Source: a virus. From it: a stretch of 64,000 nt of DNA. The position numbers and the translations under genes are program-made. Below, piece by piece: positions 1-10,057 of this stretch (its first letter is position 1; each line of letters begins with the position of its first letter). The notes beneath the pieces are model-generated. The model was not told the origin of the DNA, made no database searches, and saw nothing but the letters and a program-made list of their open reading frames with translations. The DNA is taken from IMG/VR virus record IMGVR_UViG_3300005393_000209. One strand, 5' to 3'.

Positions 1-801
1 AGGAACAGAACCCGCTCCCGATGGATTTTTAAACTCTGTCAATGCCAAGAGTTTATTAGCCATTGCCTCATTACAGACTACTGTAAACCAGTTTTTCCCT
101 AAGGCTGAACCCCTTACCCAAGCTCTCAGGAAATCAGAAAAATCAAGCTTTCCTGATTCTGTCACCCCGATAGTTGCAACACTGTCAACTGAATTTGCTT
201 GGTCTCCATTTATGAGCGTTGTAACTGCCGCTTTATTTAAATCAGCGGACAATCTCATTCCGACTTCTCTCATATAGTGAGAAAGAATAGGAAGCTTCAC
301 CGAAAGTAGGAGCTCATCAGAGTAATCCAACCCCTTAGCATACTTTTGGAGTTGAATTGTTTTAGAACCCCAAGTCATCCCTGACTTACCGATTGTTTCG
401 GCTTCTGCTGTTGGGTCAAGTTCTGCATCCAGAATCTTAATCCACGGAGTTACAACTGCCATCTGGTCAACTGTTTCAGTACCAGACAACAAATCCGTAT
501 ACCAAGGATTCGCTGTAATACCCTCATTAATAAATTGTCTAACAATTTCTGGAGCCAAATATTTCATGTCTCCGGAGAGAGAAAGAATGTTTCCAAGATT
601 GAGAGTTTCAGGAGTTTGCCCAATTTCTTTATACAAATCCTCCATTGTCAGAGGATTGCCGTTTTCGTTTTTAAATCCCATTTTCTGCATGTAATCATCT
701 ATCGAAACATCTTTTCCGCATGCAGAATCACTCCCTCTATATGCCATGAGCGGAAAATAAATTCTTTCCGCAAAACTGTTCTGAAGTTCCAATTTTCCCA
801 T
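1..801 (-). CDS. Major capsid protein (HK97 fold), 3' end truncated by window edge; not in ORF track
   Basis: Manual translation from ATG 801 (MGKLELQNSFAERIYFP...AEAETIGKSGMTWGSKTIQLQKYAKGLDYSDELL...LNKAAVTTLINGD) runs towards base 1; GGGGG SD; follows protease and decoration genes. Confidence 0.85.
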   Translation of the reverse strand, partial: MGKLELQNSFAERIYFPLMAYRGSDSACGKDVSIDDYMQKMGFKNENGNPLTMEDLYKEIGQTPETLNLGNILSLSGDMKYLAPEIVRQFINEGITANPWYTDLLSGTETVDQMAVVTPWIKILDAELDPTAEAETIGKSGMTWGSKTIQLQKYAKGLDYSDELLLSVKLPILSHYMREVGMRLSADLNKAAVTTLINGDQANSVDSVATIGVTESGKLDFSDFLRAWVRGSALGKNWFTVVCNEAMANKLLALTEFKNPSGAGSVP

Positions 802-810
802 TTTTCCCCC

Positions 811-1491
811 TTAGTATTCCAAAACCGTGACAGCGGCTCCAGTGTTTCCGCTCTTAATTACCATTCCATCAATCTGAGAGTAATCATGAGATGGAAAAGT
901 GCCCCAATAAACACCCGCTGTAAGCCCAAGCGCAGACAAAGAGCTTGACGATACAACTTCAATGGAAGCGTAAAGTTCTGAGCCTGTAAGAACAAGTTTG
1001 TCATCGGCAGATACGCTAGCCACAATGCCAATGTCTGCCGTATTAATATCAGCCGCTATCTGCGCCGTTGTTCTGGAAGCCCCTGCCGTTAACTCAATTG
1101 TCTCAGTGCTACCATTTCTGTATTTTAGTTTGAGCTCATCGTTTGTATCCGCGGTAATCGCAAAGGTACCGGCTTTTGAACCAGTAACAGTACACCTAGT
1201 TCCAGAAACATACTGATAAGCTTTATTCTCTCCACCATAGACAAATGGCCCTACGGAGAGATTTTCTCCAGCTACAACATCATAGAGGCAATTTCTAAAC
1301 TTTGTCGCTACTGTGCAGGATGTTGCATCTTTTCGATAAACACAAACTCTCCCAATAATTTTATCTGTTGGTTCTGTTACGACTGCAACTTTATTATTAG
1401 AAACAATCTTCACCAAATCCCCAACAGCAACACTGTTCGCATCACAAGCGAACGAAATAGCCAAAATATTCTCAAGCTTTTTCGGCCCCAT
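811..1491 (-). CDS. Head decoration/cement protein with an inserted beta domain
   Basis: Between scaffold/protease and capsid; N-term VAVGDLVKIV motif typical of decoration proteins. Confidence 0.6.
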   Translation of the reverse strand: MGPKKLENILAISFACDANSVAVGDLVKIVSNNKVAVVTEPTDKIIGRVCVYRKDATSCTVATKFRNCLYDVVAGENLSVGPFVYGGENKAYQYVSGTRCTVTGSKAGTFAITADTNDELKLKYRNGSTETIELTAGASRTTAQIAADINTADIGIVASVSADDKLVLTGSELYASIEVVSSSSLSALGLTAGVYWGTFPSHDYSQIDGMVIKSGNTGAAVTVLEY

Positions 1492-1510
1492 ATTTCCCCC
1501 CTAGTTTTCC

Positions 1511-2731
1511 TTATCTTCTATGTAGTTTTTTAACTGCTTCAATTATCTCTTGTTCTTTTATGGAAAGAACTTTTGATTCATTATCAAGAACTGGATGCTC
1601 ACTTGTCCTTTTAGAACCCATTTTATTTTCAGCAATTACGCGATATTCTTCAATCATATCATTAAGAAATTCCAAATCATTGGAGCTCTCAATTCTGCGT
1701 CTAATTCGCGATTCATGAGCATTGAGTTCCTGCTTATCAGGAGAGAACTTGCTCATATCGAAAAATCGTAAAGCCTCATCTCTTTGATGGTTAAGTAGAG
1801 CCTCTCCCGCGTTTGCAAGCGCAAGCCTCTGTGGAAGTCTTGAGATAATCTGCGAACATGTTAGAGCTTCATTCTCTGCCTTCACATAGCCTTCAAGCTT
1901 TGCGATTTCACTTTCATACTGCCTGTTTTTTTCTACAATCTTTTCATAATCAGAAACCTTATTTTGTAGCTCTACAATTTTAGATTCAATCTTCTCCTCG
2001 ATTCCAACAGGGAGCTCATCAGAGCTCTCATCAATCTTGAATCCAAGAGATTGAGACAGATTCCTAAGTAGAGTTACTTCTTTTGTCTGTTCATCCATCT
2101 TTTCTTCCTCAACTAAAGAATTTAATAGCCTTATTCCTGCATGAGGGTCAGCGCCATGCAATGCAGGAACAATCGCCATGTGACTAACTGAGATAAAATC
2201 CTTAGGAAGCCATCTTACTTCCTCCCCGTTTACTACCTTGCCTTGATTTTTGAGAAATTGTGCTGGAGACATCTTAGGATGCGAAGGAACGCAAAAAGCA
2301 TTAATTCCTATTGAACCGTTCCTTATAATCCCCTCCTCAAGCCCTAGAGCCGCCTTAGGGTCGTACTTACGATGAACAACAATGTCAGCATTTATCCCCG
2401 GAGGAATATCTTCTGATTCCTCAAACCAAGCATTCTCAATATGTCCAGCTATATCCCTGCTATCGGTTCCATGCACCCAAATAAAATCAGGTTTTTGCTC
2501 ATTAATAAAAGAAACGGCGTCCTTGAGCATCTGAGCATCAAAAGCGCCGTAGTCTACGCAGAGTTCTTTCCCTTTATTGTTTGAAGGCCACGCTTTAACG
2601 GCCGAAATTAGCCGCCATGTTACCCTAACAATATCAGGATTTTCTTCCTGTTGAGCATTTTCTAATTGTGCATTTGAAGAAGTAAGCCGAGGTTCCGAGA
2701 TTGCTGAAAACGATATTTTCTGTTCTTTCAA
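1511..2731 (-). CDS. Prohead protease/scaffold fusion
   Basis: N-terminal protease-like domain (H..D...IAG, GSIG) plus C-terminal coiled coil; synteny. Confidence 0.65.
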   Translation of the reverse strand: MKEQKISFSAISEPRLTSSNAQLENAQQEENPDIVRVTWRLISAVKAWPSNNKGKELCVDYGAFDAQMLKDAVSFINEQKPDFIWVHGTDSRDIAGHIENAWFEESEDIPPGINADIVVHRKYDPKAALGLEEGIIRNGSIGINAFCVPSHPKMSPAQFLKNQGKVVNGEEVRWLPKDFISVSHMAIVPALHGADPHAGIRLLNSLVEEEKMDEQTKEVTLLRNLSQSLGFKIDESSDELPVGIEEKIESKIVELQNKVSDYEKIVEKNRQYESEIAKLEGYVKAENEALTCSQIISRLPQRLALANAGEALLNHQRDEALRFFDMSKFSPDKQELNAHESRIRRRIESSNDLEFLNDMIEEYRVIAENKMGSKRTSEHPVLDNESKVLSIKEQEIIEAVKKLHRR

Positions 2732-2852
2732 AATCCCCCCCTGTTGAAAGAAGCGTTCCCTTTTTTATAAAGAGTCGGCATTTTTTCAGACAAGTTAATT
2801 TATTAAAAGTTCAACAAAAAATACAAAACGTCAAAGGAGAGGTATTTTGAGC

Positions 2853-2889
2853 AAAAAAAAAAGACGGGTAATATAAACATACACCCGTC
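2853..2889 (-). terminator. Intrinsic terminator after the two small genes downstream of MuF
   Basis: GACGGGT...ACCCGTC stem followed by a long U-run on minus strand. Confidence 0.75.
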
Positions 2890-2902
2890 GGAGGAAAGTC
2901 GC

Positions 2903-3220
2903 TTATTCTGCGTCTGTGTATCTTTTTATGGGGTATTTCTTTTTAAGTTCCTCCATTCCCGGAATATCTTCATTGTATGAGAACCTGTAACCATTATCTC
3001 CCTCAATTGCGAAGTCGTGAAAAATATCCCCTTTCCAGATATCAGGAGGAATTCCCTTAGGGAAAGCTCGACAAACATAATGACTAAAACCCCATTTATG
3101 CCAAAAACATGAAAAGCACATAGGAGTAAACTCCGTTAAATCATTAGGGTCTCCGGCATATAAATCTAAATCATATTCTGTTTCTGCTGTTACCCAGTTT
3201 ACGCCGTTATCCCAATTCAT
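2903..3220 (-). CDS. Small Cys-containing protein, candidate MuF-toxin immunity protein
   Basis: CxxC...C.AFPxGIPxxIxxG..H...DNG.RF pattern that I recall from genes downstream of phage MuF genes. Confidence 0.5.
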   Translation of the reverse strand: MNWDNGVNWVTAETEYDLDLYAGDPNDLTEFTPMCFSCFWHKWGFSHYVCRAFPKGIPPDIWKGDIFHDFAIEGDNGYRFSYNEDIPGMEELKKKYPIKRYTDAE

Positions 3221-3461
3221 TTTTTTCCTCCTTGAAGATTAACTCTAAGTCATAATCTGTTAAACCTCCTAACAACTCATATCTCGTCGCCCATAAATCA
3301 ATGTAATTAGCCTTAAACTCTTCCTCTGCTTCCTTATCTCCCTTTTTGGCTAACTGTTCTAGTCTTCTAGCCTCCGCTATTTCAGTTATATTTGGGGAGG
3401 CGCATAAATTTAAAACAACTCCATCGTCATAATCTACCAAAGGGATTTCAATTAATGGCAA
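3207..3461 (-). CDS. Small acidic protein, candidate immunity protein
   Basis: Strong AAGGAGG SD with TTG start, directly after MuF fusion. Confidence 0.45.
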   Translation of the reverse strand: MPLIEIPLVDYDDGVVLNLCASPNITEIAEARRLEQLAKKGDKEAEEEFKANYIDLWATRYELLGGLTDYDLELIFKEEKNELG

Positions 3462-3478
3462 TTTTCCTCCTTATGTCA

Positions 3479-3507
3479 TACATACAACACATATCACTTT
3501 TTGTCAA
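3479..3507 (-). promoter_or_regulatory. Sigma70-like promoter overlapping the MuF 3' end
   Basis: TTGACA-17nt-TATGTA immediately upstream of the SD of 3461. Confidence 0.55.
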
Positions 3508-6412
3508 GTTTTTTCTTTAAAAAACTTTTTCCATCGTTTTCGAGGGATTGTTCAATATCAAAATAGGCATTCTTAACAATATCGTTGTAATGGATTGTGT
3601 TATACCTGTCTAAGTTTCTTACATGAATCCACGGGCGATTTCTCGATGCAAGCCAATACATAATATCATGAAGAGGAATCTGTCGCTGGATTATCATTGA
3701 TTGAGGAACTGATAAATCCTTCATCACTTCAGTGTTAGTAAAATAAGTAGATACGCACTCTTCTTTGACTTTTATGTAAGGATTTCCTCCATTCATTGCG
3801 TCAGTTATTGCGTTCATGACTCTCATTTTACTCATGTCAGGATAACCTACCCCATGAAATAGATTAATTTTTAAATCTTCCTTAAATTCAGTCTCCCCTG
3901 TTAGTCTTTTGAACTCTTTATATTCAGCGCTATTTTTAGGAGCAGAAGCAATTTTCTTTAGATATGCTCTCAAATGAGCTTGTCCTAGAGCCCTAGCTCT
4001 TACATACATATCCTTGTCAAATCTTACTAATTTGTCATTAATGTCTACATAAGGTAAGCTTTCCCCTAATGCGTCCAGTGTTTTCTCTGAGAAGAACTTA
4101 GAAGCTTTTGTGTCAAGCCCTTGGTAGGTTATCAACTTTTTCAAGTCTCTCGCTCTACTTGTGATAACACCTTGGAGCCCCTGATAAACTTTTGCCATAA
4201 AACGTAGATGAACGGCTTTTTGAGTTCCGGGAAATTTTCCCATCAATTCTGAAGCTTTTAATACAGGAGGCATCTTTGACAATTCTGCGTCAAGCGTCTC
4301 ATAGCTTAGATTTTTGTATTCCTCATAGTATCCATCAAATTTCTTTGCTAGTTCTTCATTACCAATAAAAATACGTTGTCCGAGAGTGTCTCTTTTGGCA
4401 TTCCTTATCTCAAAATATCTCTTTTCCCTTTCCTCTGCCGCCTCCCAAATAGTCCTTCTAATTTTTTCAATTTGTTTATCATAAATTTCTGCAATCGAAT
4501 TAAGTTTTTTCTCCATAACTTTTCCAAGCTTCAACTTAGGGAAAATGGAATCAAAAAATTTTATCATCTTACCTGTTAAAAAAGTATGTTGTCCCATAAG
4601 ATAAGCTGATACTGCCTCCGGAAAATTCTCTCCGGGTTGTGTGCTTCCATACCCCGAAACCCTTTCTGCCGCTGGAGCAGGTCTTTTATCTGCATAATCA
4701 TAGTAATTATATCGTTCACCTAGAACATCAACTACCCGTCGATTGTTTTGAAGATGATAAGCGTGTGCCAGTTCGTGAACCATTGTCTTGAAGGATGAAG
4801 CTACTCCATCAAGGTAAAAATCATTTCCTAAATGGTACATCTTAGTTTTTATGACAGAGAGTTTTTCATATAACTTTAATCTCCCTTTTAATTCTGTAAC
4901 CCTGCCATCAATTAGTCCGTAATCTTCCTTGAACATTTCAAGTTGTTTCTGTATAGCAGAATGCTTCTTAATATCTTCTGCGGTATAACCCTTTTCATAT
5001 CTCTTTAATAAATCCTCCCCCATCTTTATTCTAAGCTCAAGCTCTTTCTTGTGCTCTTTAAGGAAGTCAATATCTTTCTTGATATTATTTTTAACATCCA
5101 CCGTCTCGATATTTGCGGGTATAGTATTACCATTCATAGTATATTTATGGAGATAAATTACAGCCTTAATGTCCTTGCCATTAGGAAGATAATAAGGAGA
5201 AAACATTCCCCTCCAGTTGTTATTATGTCTAGTTGTCCCTATATCGGCATCTTCTACTCCAAAATGGAAACTGAGCGGCTTAAAATCCAAGTCAGTATAT
5301 TTTTTATAAAGTCTCATTCCCGCAATAGCTTGGTTAACCATTCTAATGTCAAAGTTTGGCTCAATTTTTAAAGAACTCCCAAACTCTTTTTCTACTTGTC
5401 TTATTGCCTCCTCGTGAGTCTTAAAATCCGGAAACTTAAAGGATAATACTCCATCTCCATCTTTCATGAAGATTTCTTCCGGTAAATCTGCCTTCTTCTT
5501 TCTCTCTTTCTTAGGAATAACAGGAGGAGGTAGAACTTCCGCTGGAGGTAGCTCTTTCGGATTGAATTGTGGGGATTCCCCCGCATGTATATAGTGTCTA
5601 CATCTACCGTGATAAGGAGGAAGAGCCGTTCCTGCGTTCTGAATATCAGCGCTCCCCATCTCCTTTAATTCGAGGAATTTTTCGTTTGTTCCGTATTGAT
5701 TAACAAAGAAAGGCTCAAACGCTTCTCTATTCTCTCTACCCTCACTAACCATCCTTGTCATTTTGTTGAATTCAGGAGCAACTTTAAAAGTTCTCCCTCT
5801 CATAAGCGCACACCATCGACAAGTCAAATTATCAACAGGGCCGCCTATCGTAAAGGTAGCAAAGCCGGTTCTTGCAAGTGTATCAAGGGTAGACCAAACC
5901 CTCGCTCTTCCAACTCCCGTATCAATAATCGTTCTGACAGCCTCAATTCCAAGTTCCTCAACAGTCTCGCCGAAACGATTTCCAAATGCTTTTAATTCCC
6001 TTCTACTCCAACCAGTTCCCCAACCCTTTTCTTGGTATTCTCTGCGTAAATAATCTGCTATTCTTCTTGTCCGCTGGTCGCTTTCGGAGATATATCGAGA
6101 AACAAAAAAGGAGTCCAATCCTGCCATATATTTAACGGCATTATCATGAACCTCCCCTGATACTATCTGGAATCTTGGTATTTCCTTCCACCCCGGAAAA
6201 ACATTTCTTGGGTCGGAGGATTCCTTCCAGATTTTACGAAACGCTAAAAGAGCTCTTGAATTTATTTCATCAGGATTTAAGGATTGTTCGACTTGAGTTA
6301 TAAAAAATTTTGTAGCTGCTTCAATGATATTTGTTCCAGTTTCCTCCGGAGATATCCTCCCCATCCACCTTAAAGTTGATGAAACCGCCAACTCATTAGC
6401 GGATTTAACCAT
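3494..6412 (-). CDS. MuF (SPP1 gp7-like) minor head protein with C-terminal metallopeptidase and possible ART-like extension
   Basis: MuF motifs TCRWC and PPYHGRCRH; Pro-rich linker; HELAH...ENFPEA zincin motif; follows portal. Confidence 0.8.
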   Translation of the reverse strand: MVKSANELAVSSTLRWMGRISPEETGTNIIEAATKFFITQVEQSLNPDEINSRALLAFRKIWKESSDPRNVFPGWKEIPRFQIVSGEVHDNAVKYMAGLDSFFVSRYISESDQRTRRIADYLRREYQEKGWGTGWSRRELKAFGNRFGETVEELGIEAVRTIIDTGVGRARVWSTLDTLARTGFATFTIGGPVDNLTCRWCALMRGRTFKVAPEFNKMTRMVSEGRENREAFEPFFVNQYGTNEKFLELKEMGSADIQNAGTALPPYHGRCRHYIHAGESPQFNPKELPPAEVLPPPVIPKKERKKKADLPEEIFMKDGDGVLSFKFPDFKTHEEAIRQVEKEFGSSLKIEPNFDIRMVNQAIAGMRLYKKYTDLDFKPLSFHFGVEDADIGTTRHNNNWRGMFSPYYLPNGKDIKAVIYLHKYTMNGNTIPANIETVDVKNNIKKDIDFLKEHKKELELRIKMGEDLLKRYEKGYTAEDIKKHSAIQKQLEMFKEDYGLIDGRVTELKGRLKLYEKLSVIKTKMYHLGNDFYLDGVASSFKTMVHELAHAYHLQNNRRVVDVLGERYNYYDYADKRPAPAAERVSGYGSTQPGENFPEAVSAYLMGQHTFLTGKMIKFFDSIFPKLKLGKVMEKKLNSIAEIYDKQIEKIRRTIWEAAEEREKRYFEIRNAKRDTLGQRIFIGNEELAKKFDGYYEEYKNLSYETLDAELSKMPPVLKASELMGKFPGTQKAVHLRFMAKVYQGLQGVITSRARDLKKLITYQGLDTKASKFFSEKTLDALGESLPYVDINDKLVRFDKDMYVRARALGQAHLRAYLKKIASAPKNSAEYKEFKRLTGETEFKEDLKINLFHGVGYPDMSKMRVMNAITDAMNGGNPYIKVKEECVSTYFTNTEVMKDLSVPQSMIIQRQIPLHDIMYWLASRNRPWIHVRNLDRYNTIHYNDIVKNAYFDIEQSLENDGKSFLKKKLDKK

Positions 6413-6441
6413 CTCCGCTATTTCCCATCTGTATCTTTTAT

Positions 6442-7815
6442 TTACATCGTCAATGACTCTCCATTCTCCGCTATTGGTAATGATAAAGGGGAGGCATCAA
6501 ACCCTGTCCAAGCCCTCCTTTTATACGGTCGCAGTTCATAAATTTTTGCGCCTTGATTGAAGGAAGCTACAAAAGCTCCGCTTGAAGCAGAAATATCAGA
6601 ATATCCTAAAGCCTTTCTTGCTTCTTCCAGTGTTATAATCTGCGACTGATACTGCGTGACAATAGCTGTTGCGCGCATCTGCTCCGCCTGAGCATCACGA
6701 AAAGCATCAAGGGAGCCCATATCATTAAATTTTACCGATATTCCTACATCTCCGAGCCCACTAAGAGCCAAATTGAGTCTGTGGCCATGCTCTACTACCC
6801 GCTTAACCCCTAGCTGGAACATCTTTATTCCCTGCCGCATCTCTTCGTATACTACCCTTGCAAAAGTATCACTCGAAGAAAAGCTCCAACCAAAGAAGAT
6901 AGGGTCTCGCTGGAGTGCCGCAAAAAGCCCCTGTAATACTATTTGAAGAATATCTTTTGCTCCTTGAGCTCCTGCCGATGTATTGTTAAACTGGAACTTT
7001 AAATTTGAGTAACCTATTCCAACTCCCGACTTGAAGTTCTGAACTATCGTTGATGCTACCTTATCCAGATAAACTTCACATTCCGCGTCATATTCCTTCT
7101 GTGTCAATCTTGTATCTCTTGGAGGAGGCTCAAGTTCCGCTATAAGCACTCCGAGCGCAGATAACTTATCCATCCAATCCCTGATTGAAGCCGTAATTTT
7201 CTTATGATGAGCCGCTGATTCAAGCGCTACTAATGCAGGAGGGATAGGATAAGGATTATTATCCCTTGAAAAAATAGCATGAAAAGTTGTCTGAGTCGGA
7301 TTGAGAGGAACAAGTCCTGAGTTTTGAACTTGACATAGTTCCATCTTAAACTCCGGGGTATACCGAAACCTACAAGTTTTAATCGGAACAAGAACAAGTT
7401 CATCTATTTGGGAGAGGGTAGGGGAAGGAATCCATTCCGCGCACATCCCCCCCGCGCGCGCTCCTTGAGAAAGGAGCCCATTGACTCCTCCATCCATTCC
7501 CCCTCCAAATGGATAGCATCTAGCCGCTAAATCGTTTGCGACTTTAACCGCCTCCGTCGCTCTTGCCTCAGAGTCAGCATCAATATCAAGCCTATGGCCG
7601 CTATTCCCTAGAGATACTGTGCTAGCTAAATATTTAGCGCAATAAGGGTCAGTTAAAAATAAATTGTCTATCGCCTCATAAAAATAAAATGGAAATTGAG
7701 CGTTAATTTCCATCAATTGAGATATAAATTTTGAACGTGTATCAACCCAACTTGTCTCAGGGTCTCGTGAAACACGCGCTACAACCTTTGGAAAATCCTT
7801 TTCCTTTTTTGGCAT
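6442..7815 (-). CDS. Portal protein
   Basis: 457 aa between TerL and MuF; C-terminal ITLEEARKALGY portal motif. Confidence 0.8.
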   Translation of the reverse strand: MPKKEKDFPKVVARVSRDPETSWVDTRSKFISQLMEINAQFPFYFYEAIDNLFLTDPYCAKYLASTVSLGNSGHRLDIDADSEARATEAVKVANDLAARCYPFGGGMDGGVNGLLSQGARAGGMCAEWIPSPTLSQIDELVLVPIKTCRFRYTPEFKMELCQVQNSGLVPLNPTQTTFHAIFSRDNNPYPIPPALVALESAAHHKKITASIRDWMDKLSALGVLIAELEPPPRDTRLTQKEYDAECEVYLDKVASTIVQNFKSGVGIGYSNLKFQFNNTSAGAQGAKDILQIVLQGLFAALQRDPIFFGWSFSSSDTFARVVYEEMRQGIKMFQLGVKRVVEHGHRLNLALSGLGDVGISVKFNDMGSLDAFRDAQAEQMRATAIVTQYQSQIITLEEARKALGYSDISASSGAFVASFNQGAKIYELRPYKRRAWTGFDASPLSLPIAENGESLTM

Positions 7816-7832
7816 CTTTCCCCCGTTATTTT

Positions 7833-9488
7833 CTATGCGTTACCGAAACCCTTCCAGATAGGCATCACGCAGGTTCCAGAACTACGCTTCCCCATATCGA
7901 ATGCCGCTAAACATGCGTTATTCATACTCATTCCGAAGTGATTCTCTATTGAATGGCCACGAATATAAACTCTCTTAGCTAATCCGCTTGGAGTCGTCTC
8001 ATACTTAGCAACAAGCTTCTGAGCATGTCTCCAAACGTCCTCAATAGTTGAAAGCGATTGTCCACTACATAATTTTTTTGAAGGGATTTCTATTAATCCC
8101 TGCTCCATTCTGTCAATCATTGAATCAATAGATTCCGTTCTATCTATTAGAACCGCATCAATTTCTATTTTTCCATCGAGCAGTTCTTTTTTTTCCATAT
8201 TGTGAGATTGTGCAAAATATTGGATTGCAACATGGCCTCTATGTCTTGACGCAAAGCTCTTAGCTGAATATTTATTTGGCTGTGCATCTATCACGCAAAA
8301 ACGAACACCAAATCTCGACATTAACCAGTCAAGCCTCGACCAGTCTTCTGTTTCCTCGAAGTAGACAAATCTAAGTTTTCCATTCCTGAAGGTAGCAATA
8401 GAAATTGTTAATACGTCTCCTTGGTCTACCCCCATGAAACAGTCAGCCTCCCCATAACTAAAGCCATATTCTCCAGAAATAAATTCTAATAGCTCCGGAG
8501 TAACCCTAGCACTCCCTCCGGCAAAGGGGAAGCCGAGCCAAGAAATTTGAAAGTTTGCAAGCTTGTTTTGGGATTTTTTGGAGGATTCATATTGCGCCAT
8601 ACATCGCGTCGCATAATTAGGCCCATGAGCAGGTTTTACCTGAGTATATAGTTGACTCAGATGATAACCCCTACGAGTTTTGGAAGGTTTTTTCGCAATC
8701 CATTCACCATTTGCCATATTAAGTCGGCTTCCGCATTTAGAACATCCGCGGTAATGTGTAGTTCCCTCAGGAAAAAGTTTCTTTTGATTTGTTGCTATTG
8801 GAATAAAATTTTCTGGAAAATTGAGTTCAAACTGATTTCTATGGCCGCAACTTTGGCAAATAATGAACCAATAATGTTGGTCGGTCTCATTAAATTCCCT
8901 ATCTATGCCAAATCCCGGATGCGATGGTTGGGAGAGAGCGAAAACCCATTGTAGGTCGGAATGTAATAATCTATCTTTAGCAAATGCAATATTTTCATCC
9001 CTAGCCTCATCTAATTCATCCAGAACTACCATATCGCAATCCAAGCTTTTTACTTTTCCTCGACTCCAGAGGCCACGAAAAAATAAGCTTCCGGGGCCTA
9101 CATGTTTCAAGCCTACCCTGTCTGTTCCTCTAACTCTGGAGAGAAGATACTGTGAACTCTCAATCATTGGATTTGCTCTATCAGCAGAAAAGTCACTTAC
9201 TGCGTTATCATCCTGAAAATAGTAAACCACCTTTTTCCCTAGATGGTCTGAGACATAGAGGGATTTTATTAATATAAGAGTACTAATTGCAACTTGAGCC
9301 GCTTTCTCAAAGGATTGGTCAGGATGCGTATCCTCAAGGATTTGTTTTAGGTATTCATGCCCCTTAAGAGAATACCTTTTTCCCCGGATAATTATTCCAG
9401 CATGAACAATCCATTGAGGGAGGGACATACGCCCTCCCGTAGGTAAGTAAGAATCAGTAGGGATTAATTCATCAATCGAATCTATCAT
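7833..9488 (-). CDS. terL: Terminase large subunit (GpA-like)
   Basis: KAAQVAIS Walker A variant, LDELDE Walker B, CxxC zinc motifs, GVDQG nuclease motif. Confidence 0.9.
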   Translation of the reverse strand: MIDSIDELIPTDSYLPTGGRMSLPQWIVHAGIIIRGKRYSLKGHEYLKQILEDTHPDQSFEKAAQVAISTLILIKSLYVSDHLGKKVVYYFQDDNAVSDFSADRANPMIESSQYLLSRVRGTDRVGLKHVGPGSLFFRGLWSRGKVKSLDCDMVVLDELDEARDENIAFAKDRLLHSDLQWVFALSQPSHPGFGIDREFNETDQHYWFIICQSCGHRNQFELNFPENFIPIATNQKKLFPEGTTHYRGCSKCGSRLNMANGEWIAKKPSKTRRGYHLSQLYTQVKPAHGPNYATRCMAQYESSKKSQNKLANFQISWLGFPFAGGSARVTPELLEFISGEYGFSYGEADCFMGVDQGDVLTISIATFRNGKLRFVYFEETEDWSRLDWLMSRFGVRFCVIDAQPNKYSAKSFASRHRGHVAIQYFAQSHNMEKKELLDGKIEIDAVLIDRTESIDSMIDRMEQGLIEIPSKKLCSGQSLSTIEDVWRHAQKLVAKYETTPSGLAKRVYIRGHSIENHFGMSMNNACLAAFDMGKRSSGTCVMPIWKGFGNA

Positions 9489-9937
9489 TTCCCCAATCTC
9501 AACAGGATAAAATCAATAGCAACACGAACAACACGTTCAGGGATATCACCATGCTCCTCTAAAACCCTTTTCACAATAGCCGCTTTTGTAGTCTCAGTGA
9601 TTGTCGCCATAGATGCCAGAAAATCATTAACAATTCCCTGAATACTATCAAGCAACTCTGCCGAAAACCCTGATTTGTAGATTGTTACAACAATTTCAAC
9701 TATGATTGAATTTACTTCATCAGGAATAAAAGGACATCCACCCTTAAGAAAAAGAGAAACCCTCTCCTTTTTTTGCAGATTATCAATCCCCGGTTCTTTT
9801 TCAATTTTATCAATTTCTACAAGCAATTTTTCAATAAAATCAACAATTAAATTCATGAAGTTTGGCAAGAAATACCAAAACATCCTTATAATCAAATTCA
9901 TACTCCCCCCTATTTTTTTTCTTGAAAATAGAATCAA
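9485..9937 (-). CDS. Hypothetical protein coupled to TerL (probable start 9901); weak resemblance to LL-H holin-like proteins
   Basis: ATGA overlap with terL, GGGGGG SD before MNLIIR. Confidence 0.4.
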   Translation of the reverse strand: MILFSRKKIGGSMNLIIRMFWYFLPNFMNLIVDFIEKLLVEIDKIEKEPGIDNLQKKERVSLFLKGGCPFIPDEVNSIIVEIVVTIYKSGFSAELLDSIQGIVNDFLASMATITETTKAAIVKRVLEEHGDIPERVVRVAIDFILLRLGK

Positions 9938-10057
9938 AGAGGAAAAGCTTTGACTCTTTTATAATTAGCTGCCTCATGTGGACATAAAGATTTTAGTCAG
10001 CCACCTCTTTGATTCATCTAATCTCTGACACTAAAGCGCATATTTAGTTTTTAATAA

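Noticed and set aside
535..948. Plus-strand 137-aa ORF and the many other antisense ORFs in the track
   Set aside because: Shadows of well-supported genes on the opposite strand, here the capsid and decoration genes
2763..9964. TATAAAA as a late-promoter motif upstream of 2731, 9901 and 55604
   Set aside because: Too short and AT-rich to distinguish from background by eye
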